The notes: generated from the letters alone by a model not told the origin. A stretch of 63,093 bases of DNA, filler included, from Trichosphaerium sp. ATCC 40318 (GCA_038496445.1; 3 parts of 3 records of this genome joined end to end with filler, not necessarily neighbours in it), one strand, 5' to 3'; shown: positions 13,246 through 27,000, counted from the whole stretch's first letter. Program-made: numbers and translations.

Positions 13246-13673
13246 AACACATTTGGTGCCGTAGGACTAATTGTCAAAGCTGATAACATGACTTTTTATC
13301 AATACATACAATGTGACTTGCGTGCCAATGTTGGAACAAAAAAAAAAGGAAGTTAACGTGACCATTCACCGAAGGTTCAAAGCATGTGATAACTTTGTTT
13401 GAAGCACCTCTTGTACTTTTGTGAAACCATCTGCATAGAAGAGTTTCGTCCAATGATAGTACAGTAGGAAATGCTAGTGTTGCCAACCATTCAGCTATTT
13501 GGGTAGCGCATGAATATTGTCCAAAGTTACTTTGAAAATAAGTTGTAGGTTTCGGCAAAACTTGCACCTTTTTCAAAGATTCAGTGTAAAACGGTCTTCT
13601 TATTTTTTGCTTGTAAGGACCGTAAAGACTGTCATTCCTGTCCCATCACTACCGAACGTGATACATTTCATCA

Positions 13674-15575
13674 ATGAAACAAAACAAGCCACCTCATCGC
13701 TATTTCGCGCCACGCATGTATGCCTGGTATTTTACTAAGTATTCTAACAGATATATCTCTAAAACTCTTTTTACATTACCCGAGCATTGTCTCGATCTAT
13801 TCTTATCGTGTTTAAGGCTGATACTGATGGTTACAGCTTTTTGTGGCGTTATGCTAGTATTCTTTCTACTCGGAACAGGTAAAACCAAAATATCACGTGA
13901 CTAGAAATCATAACAAACTGACCAAACACCTTAGAGAATAGAGATCAAAATCTTAAAAAAGTAGACATTTCTTCACCTGTAGATGATAGCCCGAAAGATA
14001 ACATGGTTGACATCAAACCCATGACAGAGGTCACTTTATCTTATGAAGATCTACATCACATTACTAGCGTAGATGAGATTCCTATAAATCAAAAACTATT
14101 CTCATGCCTAGGTGAGTGTTTTTTTGTTGGTTGACCGTTTCTATAACTTTTGAGTTCTAGGAGGTTTGATGGTTTTAAAGCCTGACTTTTTGACTCCTGA
14201 AGAATGCAATAAAACAATCAAAGAGAACCCAGTAAGCTTCACGTTTAACATAGGAAGATTTGCAAGTGTGGTTACAGCAGAAAGAATTGCAGAAGCAAGA
14301 GGGGATTTAGCTGTTGCTATTGATGTTGGTGCTCACTCAGGTGAAGAGCTATTTACGTTCCTCAAGAATGATAAAATATCAAACGTATACTCCTTTGAAG
14401 CAAACCCATTGCTTGTTAAACATATATTGAACAAAAGTAGAACGCTTCCAGAGGAACAACTGAAAAAGGTGAAAAACACAAAAACTTATTTAATGACTTT
14501 CGTTCATTTCAACTTTTTTTGACTGTTTCTGTAAGATGAACGTGATTAATGCAGCAGTTTCAAGTGAACCCAAAGAAGATGCTACGTTTTTTGTAACAGG
14601 AGATGAGTCACAACAATCTGCACTTGATAATCAAAAGGGTGTATTTAACGAAGCTAAAGGTAAAAAAAAAAACATGCTCCCAAGCTACCTCTAGAACGAG
14701 TATAGTCTTAGTTTTCTTTAGGTCATTATAAAATAAAGATAAAAGTAATTAGCTTGGATACATTTATTCCTGAAGACTCACCAGTAGATATTATTAAGGT
14801 AACCATCAGATAAAAGGACACAGTTTTTTGTTAACTATTTCTGTGGATTTGACCTGAAATAACGCTATTATGTTTAACGTTAAGCCTACTTTTTAAACGG
14901 CCACTCGATTTTGTAGCACATGTGACTTTCTACTCCTATGCTCGCGTAAAGTCCTCTATAAGGATACACTAATGGATAGCTTGCAGAGTTACACAAAGTC
15001 TACCTATATTCACAAACCATCCAGAAAATCAGGCTTAGCTAACTCAAAATAGTGTTATTTAGGGTCGAATCCTTTGCAACAGTTTTTGTCTATTTCTTTG
15101 CTACCTATTTTTGTTTGTATGTATTTTAAAGGATTATTTGTTAGTCTGATACTCAAGGAAACGACTTCCATGTTCTTCAGGGAGCAATAAACATCTTGGT
15201 TGAAAAGAAACCAACATTTGTTCAAGTTGAGTTTTGGCCTTGGGCAATAGAAAACTCAGGTGCAACAGCAGAAGATCTCTTGAATATATTGTTCGATTCT
15301 GGATACGTAAGACTAAAGTGAGTAATATAAAACGGAACTAATAAATGCAATAATAGGTACTGACATTCCACAATATGCATGGTCCATTTCCAAATGAAAC
15401 TTCAAGGCAAACATTTCTTTTTTTATTATGAGTGTTTTTTTTCTTATTTTCTTGCAGGCATTTTTCAAGCTTTATTTATCACTACAACGACGTTGAAAAT
15501 CCTTGGAAATCAGGAAGATTTGGAGATATTCTAGCTGTTCATACAGACTCACTTTCGCAGCTCCATAGAATTTAA
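13674..15575 (+). CDS. FkbM-family SAM-dependent methyltransferase, type II membrane-anchored
   Basis: N-terminal TM helix. Motifs AIDVGAHSG, VYSFEANP, VINAAVS, ISLDTF...DIIK|SDTQGNDFHVLQGA, FVQVEFWP, GDILAVH. Stop 15573-15575. Confidence 0.88.
14845..15072. mobile_element. MITE-like element with ~42-bp imperfect terminal inverted repeats inside an FkbM-gene intron
   Basis: Left end GGATTTGACCTGAAATAACGCTATTATG...TAAGCCT versus reverse complement of right end GGATTCGACCCTAAATAACACTATTTTG...TAAGCCT. It accounts for the unusually long (~345-nt) intron. No clean TSD. Confidence 0.65.
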
Positions 15576-16535
15576 CTCTTTGGGATTTGAAGTCAATTAA
15601 TCTGTTCTGAAAAAACCAAAAGGCGTTGTCCGACTTACATAAACATAGTCTTCATCAAATCCTGTTTTTTTCTTGTTTTGCTGAGGTTTTAGTGCCACGA
15701 GTTTAATCCTTTATGGTACAAGAACCGCTCCCAAAGTGACTGTATCAGCGAATATAAATAAGTGTTTAGTATTCAGCATGCCTTGAAACTCAAAACGGCA
15801 ATTGTACTGTAGCTAAGCGAACTTGTGTACTACACAACTTGATCGTTTTAGGTCTCTAACTACTATATGGACGTAACAAGGTCACGTGATAGTGTTGGTA
15901 CCAAGAAAAATTGGACAATACCATCTATGATTAAACTCGCAGGTGTATTGCTGGTTTGTTATGTTTTAGAATTTACAAGTAGGAATATCATACGAAGTAT
16001 TACCGCATTCTACAGTTGTTTGACAGCGCATTGTCCATTTTCAGGAATAGCAACTAGGCCGCTTGTTACAAATGTGATACTATCTGTGCATTCAACATCG
16101 CTTGTTGCATCTGTAGCACACTCTAAAGGCAAGAACTGTACCTCTTGTACACGTACATTGATAGGACTATTGTAGCCAAGATTACCAACTTGAGCGTTTC
16201 TACCAGTGCATGTGTGAGTCATTCCATACACTCAAAGCCATAGACCACGCGTACGATTACAAGAAGAGTTTGCAGTCTTATTCGTAAGTGTAGGCACCTC
16301 AGCAGAACTTGGCTTAGAATATACGGCGATTCACAAGTAACAAATACAGCATCCATTTGATTCGCTCTAATAGCTTTTAGCGAAACTAGGTATGCTGCCT
16401 GAAAACACGTCCAAAAACAACAGTTCAATAACGTGGGATAGAATATAACTAAGAATGGCACTTCACGTGCCTACTAAAAGTCAAAAGTAGTCATGTTTAA
16501 AACAGTTAGTCGAGTTTTCCCCTTTGCATGAAACA

Positions 16536-18587
16536 ATGAAAGTTCTTGCTCTTATCTTTTTTGTTTGTACCTCGTACGCTTTTATTTCAGTCATTCCAGA
16601 AACACAAAAGCTTGTTGATGAATTTGGACGTGAACGCATATTTCATGGCGTAAATGTAGTCTACAAAGGCTTCCCATGGCACCCAGATGTCAATGAGTCC
16701 GTTATTTGTCCTCTTACTACTTTTAAAAGTCGGCTAAAAGTGCCTATTTAGGTTCAACCCTTACACATCTTTCGCAGAGAAAGATCTTGAACAACTAGAG
16801 AGTTGGGGTATGAATATAGTCAGATTAGGAGTAGTACGGCTCAAACATCTTCCTATTTTTGCTTAATATGGCTCACGTGACATTTTAGATGTGGCCTGGA
16901 GTTGAACCAACACGTGGTCAATACAATCAAACGTATTTGCGTAAGTGTTTAGTTTGCTTGTACCAAAGAGTGTTGTTGATTTTTCGTTTTAACATTCTTT
17001 GTTTTCTTAAGAGGTTATGAAGAAGTTGGTTGATGACATGGCATCACATGATATATACACACTTGTTGACTTTCATCAAGACCTGTATGGCCAACGCACT
17101 GCTAAGAAATTTAGACTAAAACAACACTTTAGGTTGTCTGAAAAGTATTGCGGTGAGGGCATTCCTGGTACGTTTGCTGCCACTTCCGTACCTCGAGGGA
17201 TCTCATTTAACTTTCAGACTGGGCTGCTGTTTCAAGATCAGGTGCTTTCAAGTTTCCAGAACCAGTTGATATCGCTTATCCTATCAACAACGCCACTGGG
17301 CATCCGTTCAAGAAAGACTGTGATAAGTACTCTTGGGCTACTTATCAAATCGCTGAAGAGCAGTCATCAGCTTACCAGTCTCTTTATTCGAATGTTGACG
17401 GTGTACAAGATGCGTTCTCTGGGTACTGGAAGACTTTAGCTGAACTCTACAAGTCTTCAAAGTACGTAGTAGGATACGAATTGATGAATGAGGTAAAACG
17501 AAGAATCCCATACATTTTTGTGTTTTTTTGTAATTCAATAACATCTTTAGCCTTGGGCTGGAGATATTTATTTGGATCCAACATTGATGGTACCTACTAT
17601 TGCTGATACTAAAAATCTTGCTCCTATGTATGAGAATGTACAGAAAGCAATTCGATCAGTTGATGAAGACGTATGTTGATAAAAAAAAAGAGACGCAAAA
17701 AACCATTATTTAGCTGTAACATTTACTTAGCACTCAATTTTCTTCGAGTCAGTAACTTGGGATGACTTTGGTGTTGGATTCGAAAATGTCCCTGGTGGAG
17801 ACGTTTATAAAAATAGAAGTGTGTTCAGTTATCACTTGTACTTGCCACCACAACTAGACTACGCCAGTACGTTTGTTTTCTTATCCAAAAAAAAAAACCA
17901 CAACTTATTACTTTATAGGTGGTTTCAGTGCGCGTATGGCTGATATCAAGAAGCTCCAATGTGGTGGTATGCTCACTGAGTATGGTCTCGATACCATTGA
18001 AGATATACATAATGTATCTAAATTGGCAGATCAATACTTGCAGAGCTGGATTGCTTGGTAACTCGTCTTTATATCAAGTCACATTTCTCGGCTAAATCAA
18101 AAAGGGAGTACAAAGCATTTGTTAGGATAACCGGATGGTCCTTTGGAGTTTATGATGAAGCAGGAGATCTCTTAGTTGATAAAGTTAAGGCCCTTAGCAG
18201 AATATACGCACAAGGTAAGCTTCCTTTGCTAAACATCTTTTGTACATTTTTTTTTTAAATTATTCTTATTGCAGCGACTGCTGGACGTATTCAATCGATG
18301 ACTTTTGATCCTGAAACCGGAGATTTTAAGCTTTCATACACAGTTGATGTTAAAATTAAGCAACCAACAGAGATTTTTGTCAACCAAGGCAAGAACTATT
18401 TATCTTTTGAGAAGTCACGTGTTTATTTTTTTGTCTTGTAGAGTACCACTACCCCAACGGTTTCACTGTTGTTATCACACCTCCAGGAACTGCAACTTGG
18501 AAGCTTCAAGGAACAAAGGTATTGGTTCAGCCCATAGTAAATATACAACCAGATACAATCCTTACTGTTTCAATCTCAAAAAAATAA
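16536..18587 (+). CDS. Secreted glycoside hydrolase family 5 endoglycoceramidase-like enzyme
   Basis: Signal peptide. Motifs DEFGRERIFHGVNVVYK, GMNIVRLG, DFHQDL, acid/base GYELMNE|P, nucleophile MLTEYG, SWIAW, and C-terminal PTEIF...YPNG. Confidence 0.92.
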
Positions 18588-18935
18588 ATAAAACAGAAGA
18601 CTTGCACCTCTCGTTCAGTTATTTTTTTGGGGAAAGAACCTTACCCATCTGTTGTGAACCTTGTTACTTTCAGGATTTATTACTACTCAACAATTGGATC
18701 GAACTGACTTTGTTTTTGACAGCTTCTCAGTAAAACAGTCAAGGCGTGTCAAGGCTTGGCGTCATTCAAAACAAAATACACAAACCACGTGAATTGATAA
18801 AAATAAGTACAAGCTTGTACCTAATAATCCACTAAAACCATTCATTTCGTAGGGAGAAGGAGAGGTAACAGGTGGAGTTCATGCGAAATGCATTAACAAC
18901 AAAGAACAGCGAGGAACCAGCTGTGTTTGAAAACT

Positions 18936-19799
18936 ATGGAAACGAGGTATGTAATTTGTTTTTCTTGAAGATGTACTACCGACACGTTACAACCTACATG
19001 TAGATTGCTAGACCTTCTTGTTGAGATACAGCTTATTTTTGTTGATTTATCATGTGACGTGTATTTAATTTGGCCAAGTCTATCAAAGTACACAGCAACA
19101 ACATCAAGGTATGATTACAAGATGAAACAACATGGAAAGTGGAAAAAATTTAGAACCAAACAGCAAAACAAAATGCAGCTAGTTTGTCAAATGAGTATGT
19201 CACATGGTAAACGACATGGAGATTTTATCACGTGGTATGAAAATGGTCAGGTACATGACAGATATCAGTACATAGATGGCCAACAAGTAGAACACGGTCA
19301 ACTTGCAAGTCGTCAGCACTACATCAATGGAAGCAATGAAGATCAAATAGTTAAACTATGGTATAAAAACGGTCAATTACAAGAGCAATATTATCTTAAA
19401 AAAGATAAACTTGTGGGAGACTACAAAGTATGGTATGAAAGTGGTAAACTGAAACGACAATGGCACTATGTCAACGGATTAATTGATGGAGAGTTAAAAA
19501 TGTGGTACCATAAAAATGGCCAGTTAAGGGAGAAGACAAGTTACGTTAATGGGACTCGACAAGGAGAGCACAGGATATGGTATGCTAATGGCCAACTATC
19601 GAAGTACTGTTTTTTCGTCAATGGTAAAATTGAAGGGGAGTACAAGCAATGGTATTTCACTGGCCAACTGTCAAAGAATTGCCATTATATCAATGGTAGA
19701 CGTGAAGGAGATTTCAAAGCATGGGATGAAAATGGTATTTTGAACGAAGAAGCCAACTATAACAATGGCCAGCGTGTACAATCTTGTTCAGTGATGTAA
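18936..19799 (+). CDS. MORN-variant (YwqK-like) repeat protein with F-box-like N-terminus
   Basis: Micro-exon METR (18936-18946), intron, then LLDLLVEIQLIFVDL... and about 8 repeats of WYxNGQLxxxxxYxNGxxxG. Confidence 0.85.
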
Positions 19800-20231
19800 A
19801 CAGACCTTTTCGAAAAGTGAAATTATAGTTAGTTTCTAAAACGAGAACCACACTCTGTCCAAATATATTGCTCTGCAAATCAACGGTTGTCTGGCTACGT
19901 GTTTGAGAAGACGTGACTAGAGAAATTTCGTGTAATTTCGTAATAATAATAAACACGTGACTACAATAGATAAAAATCCAGTAGCTAGTTAGTAAATCAA
20001 AATGCAGTGTATTACAAGTTGAGAAATTTGGAAGTCATTTTATTTTTTGTACACGTGGAAAGACACCTAACTAGTTTTGTTCCCTTCAGTGTTGACATAT
20101 ATAAAATACAATCCCGGTCCCCATTTCAGCAACCTTTGGTAAGGTAACAGTTGTACATCTGTTCATGCTGGAGTTGAAGAATTATCAATAAAAGCGATAA
20201 ATGTCTTGATTTTGAGCTTGTTTATCACAGT

Positions 20232-20549
20232 TTATCCAAGAAAACGTATTTTATGTGCACCTGTCAATGTTTTAATAACTGGTAGCTCTACATTTCTGCG
20301 GTACTCCAACCAGATGGTGTGTACACCTGAAATTGCCTTTAAACCTGCATGTGTTACATTTGTAGATGATAAATCAATCTCATGTACACCTGCCAATGCT
20401 GCAATGCCATTGTCTGTTATTGACTTATAACGACATAGGTTGATAGTGTGTACACCTGCCAATGCCGCAATAATGTCGTTTGGTAGCTCACTCAGTCTGA
20501 GAACAATAGTCGTATTGTGGAGTAATAGACCCAACGTGGTTGTGAACAA
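20232..20549 (-). pseudogene. LRR protein remnant, same family as 12834-13245
   Basis: AALAGVHTINLCRYKSITDNGIAALAGVHEIDLSSTNVT, with high nucleotide similarity to the 12870-13090 block. No convincing start. Confidence 0.6.
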
Positions 20550-21052
20550 TATCTCATAAAAGATGGCACGTTTGGGCCGGTACGTCCCTTGTTTGATAAA
20601 TGGACTATTTTATCCTAACAAATAACTTACTTGAAACGCCATACATACCAACTATCCTCTCCAAAGCTGCCATACCGAAAACAACCTTCTCTGGATCTAA
20701 GAGAATGAGTTCTTAGCATGTGACCATGCTTGACTGTATACCTCGTAACCAAATTTCAAATAAAATTCTTTGAATTATCTATTATCCTACAACTAAGGCC
20801 ACATCTCTTACACGCATACTCATCTTTCCTGTACCCTTTAAAATTGCAGAAATGGCAAAAACAAACTTCAAGGTATGCGATGCGGTCAAGACATAAGATT
20901 TTCTGCAAAATATGACTCGAGAGTGTATTTTAATACATCGTTTTATAAATTAGATTTTATTTCTCTCTCCTACGCTCACCTGGATTTTTTGAACAAAAAA
21001 AGTGGAAAGGCAAAGATGCTGTAATTCTTGGCTAACTACTACTTGTATTTAG

Positions 21053-21805
21053 CCAAACTGCCTTCCTTCGGTTAATAGTACATTTCTCCTAAGCCTCCCG
21101 CATGAAATACAGCTAGATATCATGGATTTAGACTATGAAGTATATGTTAAGTGGCCTTTGTTATCTAAATACTCAGCAATAACAACGAGGTTCGATGATG
21201 AAATGAAGAAACATGGAAAGTGGCTGAGCCGCAGGAAACGAAATAACGGGTGGGGATTATATAGTGAACCTGTTGTTGTTGAAAAACAAGTTACGTTTGT
21301 ACACAGTAAAGTAGAAGGTGTGTATAAAGAGTGGAGTAATGGCAAACTGATAAAGAAGTATAATTTTATCAATGGAATGATTGAAGGAGAGCTTGAACAT
21401 TACTCTGTTGACAACGGAAGACTCTGTATGAGATGTCATTATGTAAATAATAACAAAGAAGGAGTGTGTAAATACTGGCATAGTAATGGCATATTAAACG
21501 AAGAATCTTATTACAAAGAAGGTAGGCAAGAAGGAGATTACAAAACTTGGAACAAGAATGGTAAATTGATTTTACAATGTAAGTATGTCAAAGACAAGAG
21601 AGACGGAGAGTTCAAAAAGTGGAATGAAGAAGGTGTATTAATTGCACATGGTAATTATTTGAATGGTAAGAAAAATGGAGAGTACAAGGAATGGTATAAT
21701 AATGGACAACTTCAAAGACTTTGTTATTACTCTAATGATAGATTGAAAGGAAAGTATATGACATGGAATGAGATTGGTAAATTGAAGTTTGAAGAAACCT
21801 ACTAA
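21053..21805 (+). CDS. MORN-variant repeat protein with F-box-like N-terminus (paralog of 18936-19799); main exon
   Basis: Acceptor at 21052, then ...FLLSLPHEIQLDIMDLDYEVYVKWPLLSKY followed by GxYKxWxxNG repeats. The first exon probably starts at ATG ~20852. Confidence 0.85.
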   Translation, partial: PNCLPSVNSTFLLSLPHEIQLDIMDLDYEVYVKWPLLSKYSAITTRFDDEMKKHGKWLSRRKRNNGWGLYSEPVVVEKQVTFVHSKVEGVYKEWSNGKLIKKYNFINGMIEGELEHYSVDNGRLCMRCHYVNNNKEGVCKYWHSNGILNEESYYKEGRQEGDYKTWNKNGKLILQCKYVKDKRDGEFKKWNEEGVLIAHGNYLNGKKNGEYKEWYNNGQLQRLCYYSNDRLKGKYMTWNEIGKLKFEETY

Positions 21806-22437
21806 GATACTTAACTTACGTTGTTCACTTTTTACTATTATCTGTACAAGAATAAATAGTATGCCCTGAAAAGAATTTTTTGCTATTTGTCTTGACTGGA
21901 GGCAGTGAATCTAGAGGTGGCAATGAGCATAAAACAATGAAGCTATTTGTTTTCATAGTGTTTTTTTTCTTGTTTTTTTTTCACTGTATCTAATAGCTTG
22001 CCCATCTCTACACAAGTTGTAAAGAACAAGCATGGTTACATTAAAATAAGGACTTTTGAGGTATTGTTATGTGAGAAAGGAAACAAATAGCATTTTTACA
22101 ACAAAAAAAGGACTTTAGGGACGGCATAGTAGTTTTGATTGGTTGCTACTCATCATTGCTAATCTATCGTGTCTGACTTTATATTGTCAATCTTGTAGTA
22201 CAACCAAACGCTTGACACTAAGTCTTGTAGTAATTGATCAACAAGTAAAGTAAGTGACAAAGCAACATAGTACAAGTAAGAATATAATATTAAAAGATAT
22301 TTTATAAGTATTTTATCAACACACATACATTGTTAGAAAATTACATCAGTTTTTTTTTTTTTTTTCTTTTCGAATGATGATCTTTTTTTCATCCCTTCAT
22401 TGAATGTTTTCACGCTTTGTTACTTAAGTGGTTATTT

Positions 22438-23935
22438 TCATTGTACTTCAACCAATGCTATTGCATCATCTTTATAATGCATATGTACTACTGGCCAGTA
22501 TGTCAGTCCTTTCTCTAGCTCTCCTTGCATTGATAAAGCAATACCATTAACAAAAAAAGAAGCTTTAAGCTTAACAAGATCAAGTTGAATCCCTATTTTA
22601 AACCCTGTTGATACTTCTATAGGTACTGCTTTTAATTCTGATGAAAGCCTATAACAATGACCAGCCATACCAATACCAAGATCTTTACAATAAGCCGATC
22701 TAAACAAAAAGCTGGTAAGCGAGTATTTTTTTTCACAGAAAAGGAAAAAAAAAGTTTTGCTCCTGTGGCACACTGACTGAATTTGATTTTAGAATTTGTG
22801 TCTATTTTATAATTCTAATATTGTATATTTCGTATCAGGGTATTTATATTATTTGATAGTACGTTGGTACCGTTTTTTCTTCAAATCAAGAAAAAAAATT
22901 GAACAAAAATAATCCAAACATCATACCGTTCTTTACAACTTGTCACACCAATGATAAGTCCACTCTTATCATTTCCATTGATATTTACAATCTTAACTTC
23001 CCAAAAAGCCTTGATAAACGACAATTAGAGAAAAAGAGAGAATCATGTATTGGCGTGAGCTCAAACAAACAGAAAGGTGAACTTTACCTTTCCTGAAGAA
23101 AATCCATGAGAACCAAACACTTTCGTCCAGTAGTTAGACCCAATACGCTTTGCGTTTAACCCTGTTAACACATAAGCACGTGAAAAAGTGTTTTATATGC
23201 CTGCGTACCTCCTTCAGTAAACTGAAACTCTTTTGAGTTTCCTTGCCACGTGAATACAGGAGCAGGTACCCTTGGCTGTTATTTGAAAAAAACGAGTTAA
23301 TAACATGATTTACGATAAGCTATGGTGTGAAAATCGATGTAACACATATCAATACACCCGTTTCCAATAGCATATTGGAGTTACAGGATCAAGTATGGTG
23401 GGAAAAGCTGAAAAAAAACTCTCGAAAATATTGATGAAGTAAAAAAAAATAAAACTCACTTTGAACATTGTACCACTCGTGTCAACATTATCAGGGCATA
23501 AATGGTACTCTATAGCCTTTTAAAAGGTTATCAGTAAAAGAAATAAACAAATGAATTTATAATCGTACTTGAACATAAACCTCAAGAGGAACAACTCCGC
23601 TTGGCTTAACAATATTCATTAAGTCATCTGGGAGAATAAGAGGAAACCTTTGTTTTCGTTAATGAAAAGACATTTGAAGTTATCTAACATTCACTAAATA
23701 TGTTTTGAGTATGTAAGGTACCTTATAAAGGGAATAAGAGGTAAAAGAGTTTCCTTCAGGCTGGTGCTGTTGTTGTTTTTTTCCAGATTTTTTTCACCCC
23801 ATCTCAAAAGCGCTTTGTAAAGTTCTAGCTCCTCTACATCAAGTTGATCCGCTATAAACAAATCAATCATGTAAGAGGGTATGTAAAGACTGTTGACAAT
23901 ATGTTTAGAAGCGTACTCATTAACATTTCACGGAG
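22438..23935 (-). CDS. BTB/BACK-SPRY domain protein, 3' part (5' end lost at gap)
   Basis: BACK motifs DQLDVEELELYKALLRWG and RFPLI. SPRY motifs GFSSG|KAFWEVKI, LIIGV, GFKIGIQLDL...FFVNG, YWPVV. Confidence 0.8.
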
Positions 23936-24035
23936 NNNNNNNNNNNNNNNNNNNNNNNNNNNNNNNNNNNNNNNNNNNNTTAATTAATTAANNNNNNNNN
24001 NNNNNNNNNNNNNNNNNNNNNNNNNNNNNNNNNNN
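23936..24035. other. Assembly gap with artificial linker
   Basis: N-run containing TTAATTAATTAA (stop in all six frames); 100 nt in total. Confidence 0.98.
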
Positions 24036-27000
24036 AAACAATCGCTCGATGGCCTTTGAGGCATCGCTCTTCTCTTGATCGTTTTGCTGCCTGCGTACAA
24101 TAGAAGGCAACGTAGAATCGTTGAGAAGCTCACTACACCCGGTGAGTAAGTGATTTATAGATAACATTATGACAGTACCTGGGAACTCAGTAGTCAAACT
24201 AGGAAGGCGACTTGACATTAAATGTTTCATCTTTGTGTCTGAAACGCCAAAGAAAACAACATTTCCGACAGCTAACACAGAGTAAGCACAGTAAGTGGAA
24301 GAAAATCAAGGGCGGCATTTTGGTATAACGTACGATCGAAACCACGACGGCCAGCACGACCTGCCATTTGGCGATAACTGAGAGGATGAAGCCACAAGTT
24401 AGAACCAGCGAATACCACACTACGGCATGGCATGTGAATACCCAAAGCAAGTGTTGCAGTACTTATGACGACACGCAATTGCTATTGCCTTATTAGTACA
24501 ACAAACAGCGTACAAAAGAATAAAAATGGATGTACCTTTTGTCTAAACAGTTGCTCTACAGCGCGACGGTAGGCGAGTGGCAAACCAGCGTGATGCATAC
24601 CAATACCACGTTTTAATCCCCTAATTTGGTGAGTGAGCGATGTGACGTGGAATGGATGATCAGTAATGTGCGTACTCAAGTAGGAGAGGACCATTAGGAT
24701 CTCTTTCAAGTACCCTCTCTAGACGCCAATCGATTACAAGGTTGCTCTGCATATCGAGGAATGAGAAGGCAAGTTCAATCTCTGGAAGTTCCTCAACTAC
24801 ATCAATAGTCTCGCTCTGTGGGTGCAGGTTGTAAGTACAAAACCTTTAATAATCCAACCAAGAAGGTGAATAAAATTCTGTGCTTACTTGACCGGCTTCT
24901 TTCTCTTCTTTTGTTGTAGAATTGCTTTCTGCTTTGCGTTGCTGTTTGGATTGAGCCTTTAGCTTTTTCTCGTTTCCTCTCTTCAATTTCTTGTATTCTT
25001 CAGTGTTTTGGTACGCTTCTTGACTAGCCACAAGGGTAGTAACCTGTGTGCTTTGAGTCAGTCGCAAATAATAAAATAAGCGTGGCAATTCAAACGTACA
25101 ATTGAAGACATGAGGGCATTGACGATGCCTCTATCCAAAGAAAATACTATGCACGGCATTTTATCTTGCATTGCCAAGTTGGAAAGCAAGCCGAGGAGAT
25201 GAGTGCCCAAGTAAGATGGAGAATAGCAGTCGTCCACAGGGCGAGTTACATCATCATCAGGGTTAGGTAGGCCCTCTACCTTGAGCTCTGCAAGTACATG
25301 TTGTACCAGATCAGTCTTGGAGGCGCCAACCCACTCCATCAATAGCTGTACATGGGTTAACCAAAAACTACGTTTATAGGATTGGCTTTTTCTCGTACTG
25401 TTTTGAGTAGGGATTCGTATTCTCTTGACTTCTGTCTGGTGACTACAGGTTCATCTTTAAAGAACAGAACGGCGTCCAATTTGGCAGTGGCAGCCTTTGC
25501 GGATTCTAGGCAAAGAGTTAGGTCTAATAATACACGTGTGATTTCGTTGTGATTATTATTACCATCGTTGAATTTTGCAGCGGCGGATACCATAGCCTTG
25601 TGCATTAAAAAGCAATCAAACGGTTCCAAGATCATGTCTATCCAAGATTTAGCTAACCTGGAATCTACACTCACTATATTGCGCACCTGCTGGGAAACCA
25701 CGCTCTTGCAACATTTCTAAGGTGATGCAATGGACTGGATGAACAAACTTGATTGTACTACAGAAACACAAGACACGTTAGTCTAAAGCATGACCATTGT
25801 GGGGAGTGGTGTGTACCCAACTTCTCCCTCTTTTGGGTTGTAGATGTCGCTCACTGGCGCACAGCTGCGTTGCAACAATGCTGATTTTGGTGGCATGTAA
25901 AATTGCTTCCTTAAATCAGAGTATCGCACATTGTGTTGTATGAGATGGACTATGACAAATATGAGTAGTTGCAAAGGTAGCATTCAGTCAACAAAATAAA
26001 AAAATCGGTACCTTTGAAATTACGCTTGGTGTGCACTGCAAATCTTTGTCCTTTGAACTCGTCTATGCTTTGTGTCTTCTCATCTGGATATTGCTCAGCT
26101 AGTTTCTTTTGAACGCCTTCCATCCAACTAAAATAGGGAGTCAGAATGGTCACAAATGAGTTGTGATAAATATGTTACCTGTGAAACTTTTGGAAGTTTC
26201 CTACAGTGGCAGAAAGTGCAAGGAATGGCGCTTTGCTCATTACCAATAGGCGCTCCCAATATGCACCAATACCAACATTAGATATTTGATGGACTTCATC
26301 GAATACCACCCATTTGATCCTCTTGACCCAATCGCGATTTGAAGGTGACAACAAGAGCATTTCAAATATCTCTGGAACTGTTACAAGCACTTGACATTTC
26401 AGAGGGTCTTCTTCAGGGAAGCAGTAATCGTGCGTAAAGTAACCATACACACTTCGTGTGGTGGAGTTGCTGTAACTCTTGTTGAAGGCACCAATGACTG
26501 AGGCGGCGACTTGATTGACTAAAGCCTAAAAAGCCATGACATTAGTTAATTACGACACAATCTGACATGTTTATGGCACAAACTGTTTTGCGTACCTTTG
26601 ATGGGGATATGTACACGACTACGCCATCGTCGCTCTCGCGAAGTGTTTTTTCCATACAGTAGTAACTGATGAAAGTTTTACCAGAAGAAGTTGGTGCGAC
26701 TACAAGTGCGCTCTCTGTGGATACGAAATCAGAAATGAAGAAACGCAATTTAGTGAGGTGTACCATTGGCGTCAACTGCATCGATCAACTTGACTTGCCA
26801 AGCTTCGAGTTTGAACATTTTGACACGAGGATCAGCGGTTTCTGTGCCACTGCTTCTCGACATGTCTTTTTGCATGTGTTCCAATTGAAATTCGATAGAT
26901 TCCTTTTCTGGAGACACTTTCTTGCTGCCTCTTACTTTCTTGGCAGTATCAGGGAATCCAATGAGTTCTAGAGCCTAACAAAATGCGTCAATCAACGTGT

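Noticed and set aside
15600-16461. Possible minus-strand gene between the FkbM and GH5 genes
   Set aside because: Exon-like pieces contain stops and I could not assemble a consistent frame or find a motif.
23980-23991. TTAATTAATTAA palindrome (also at ~46299-46310)
   Set aside because: Artificial six-frame-stop linker embedded in N-runs.
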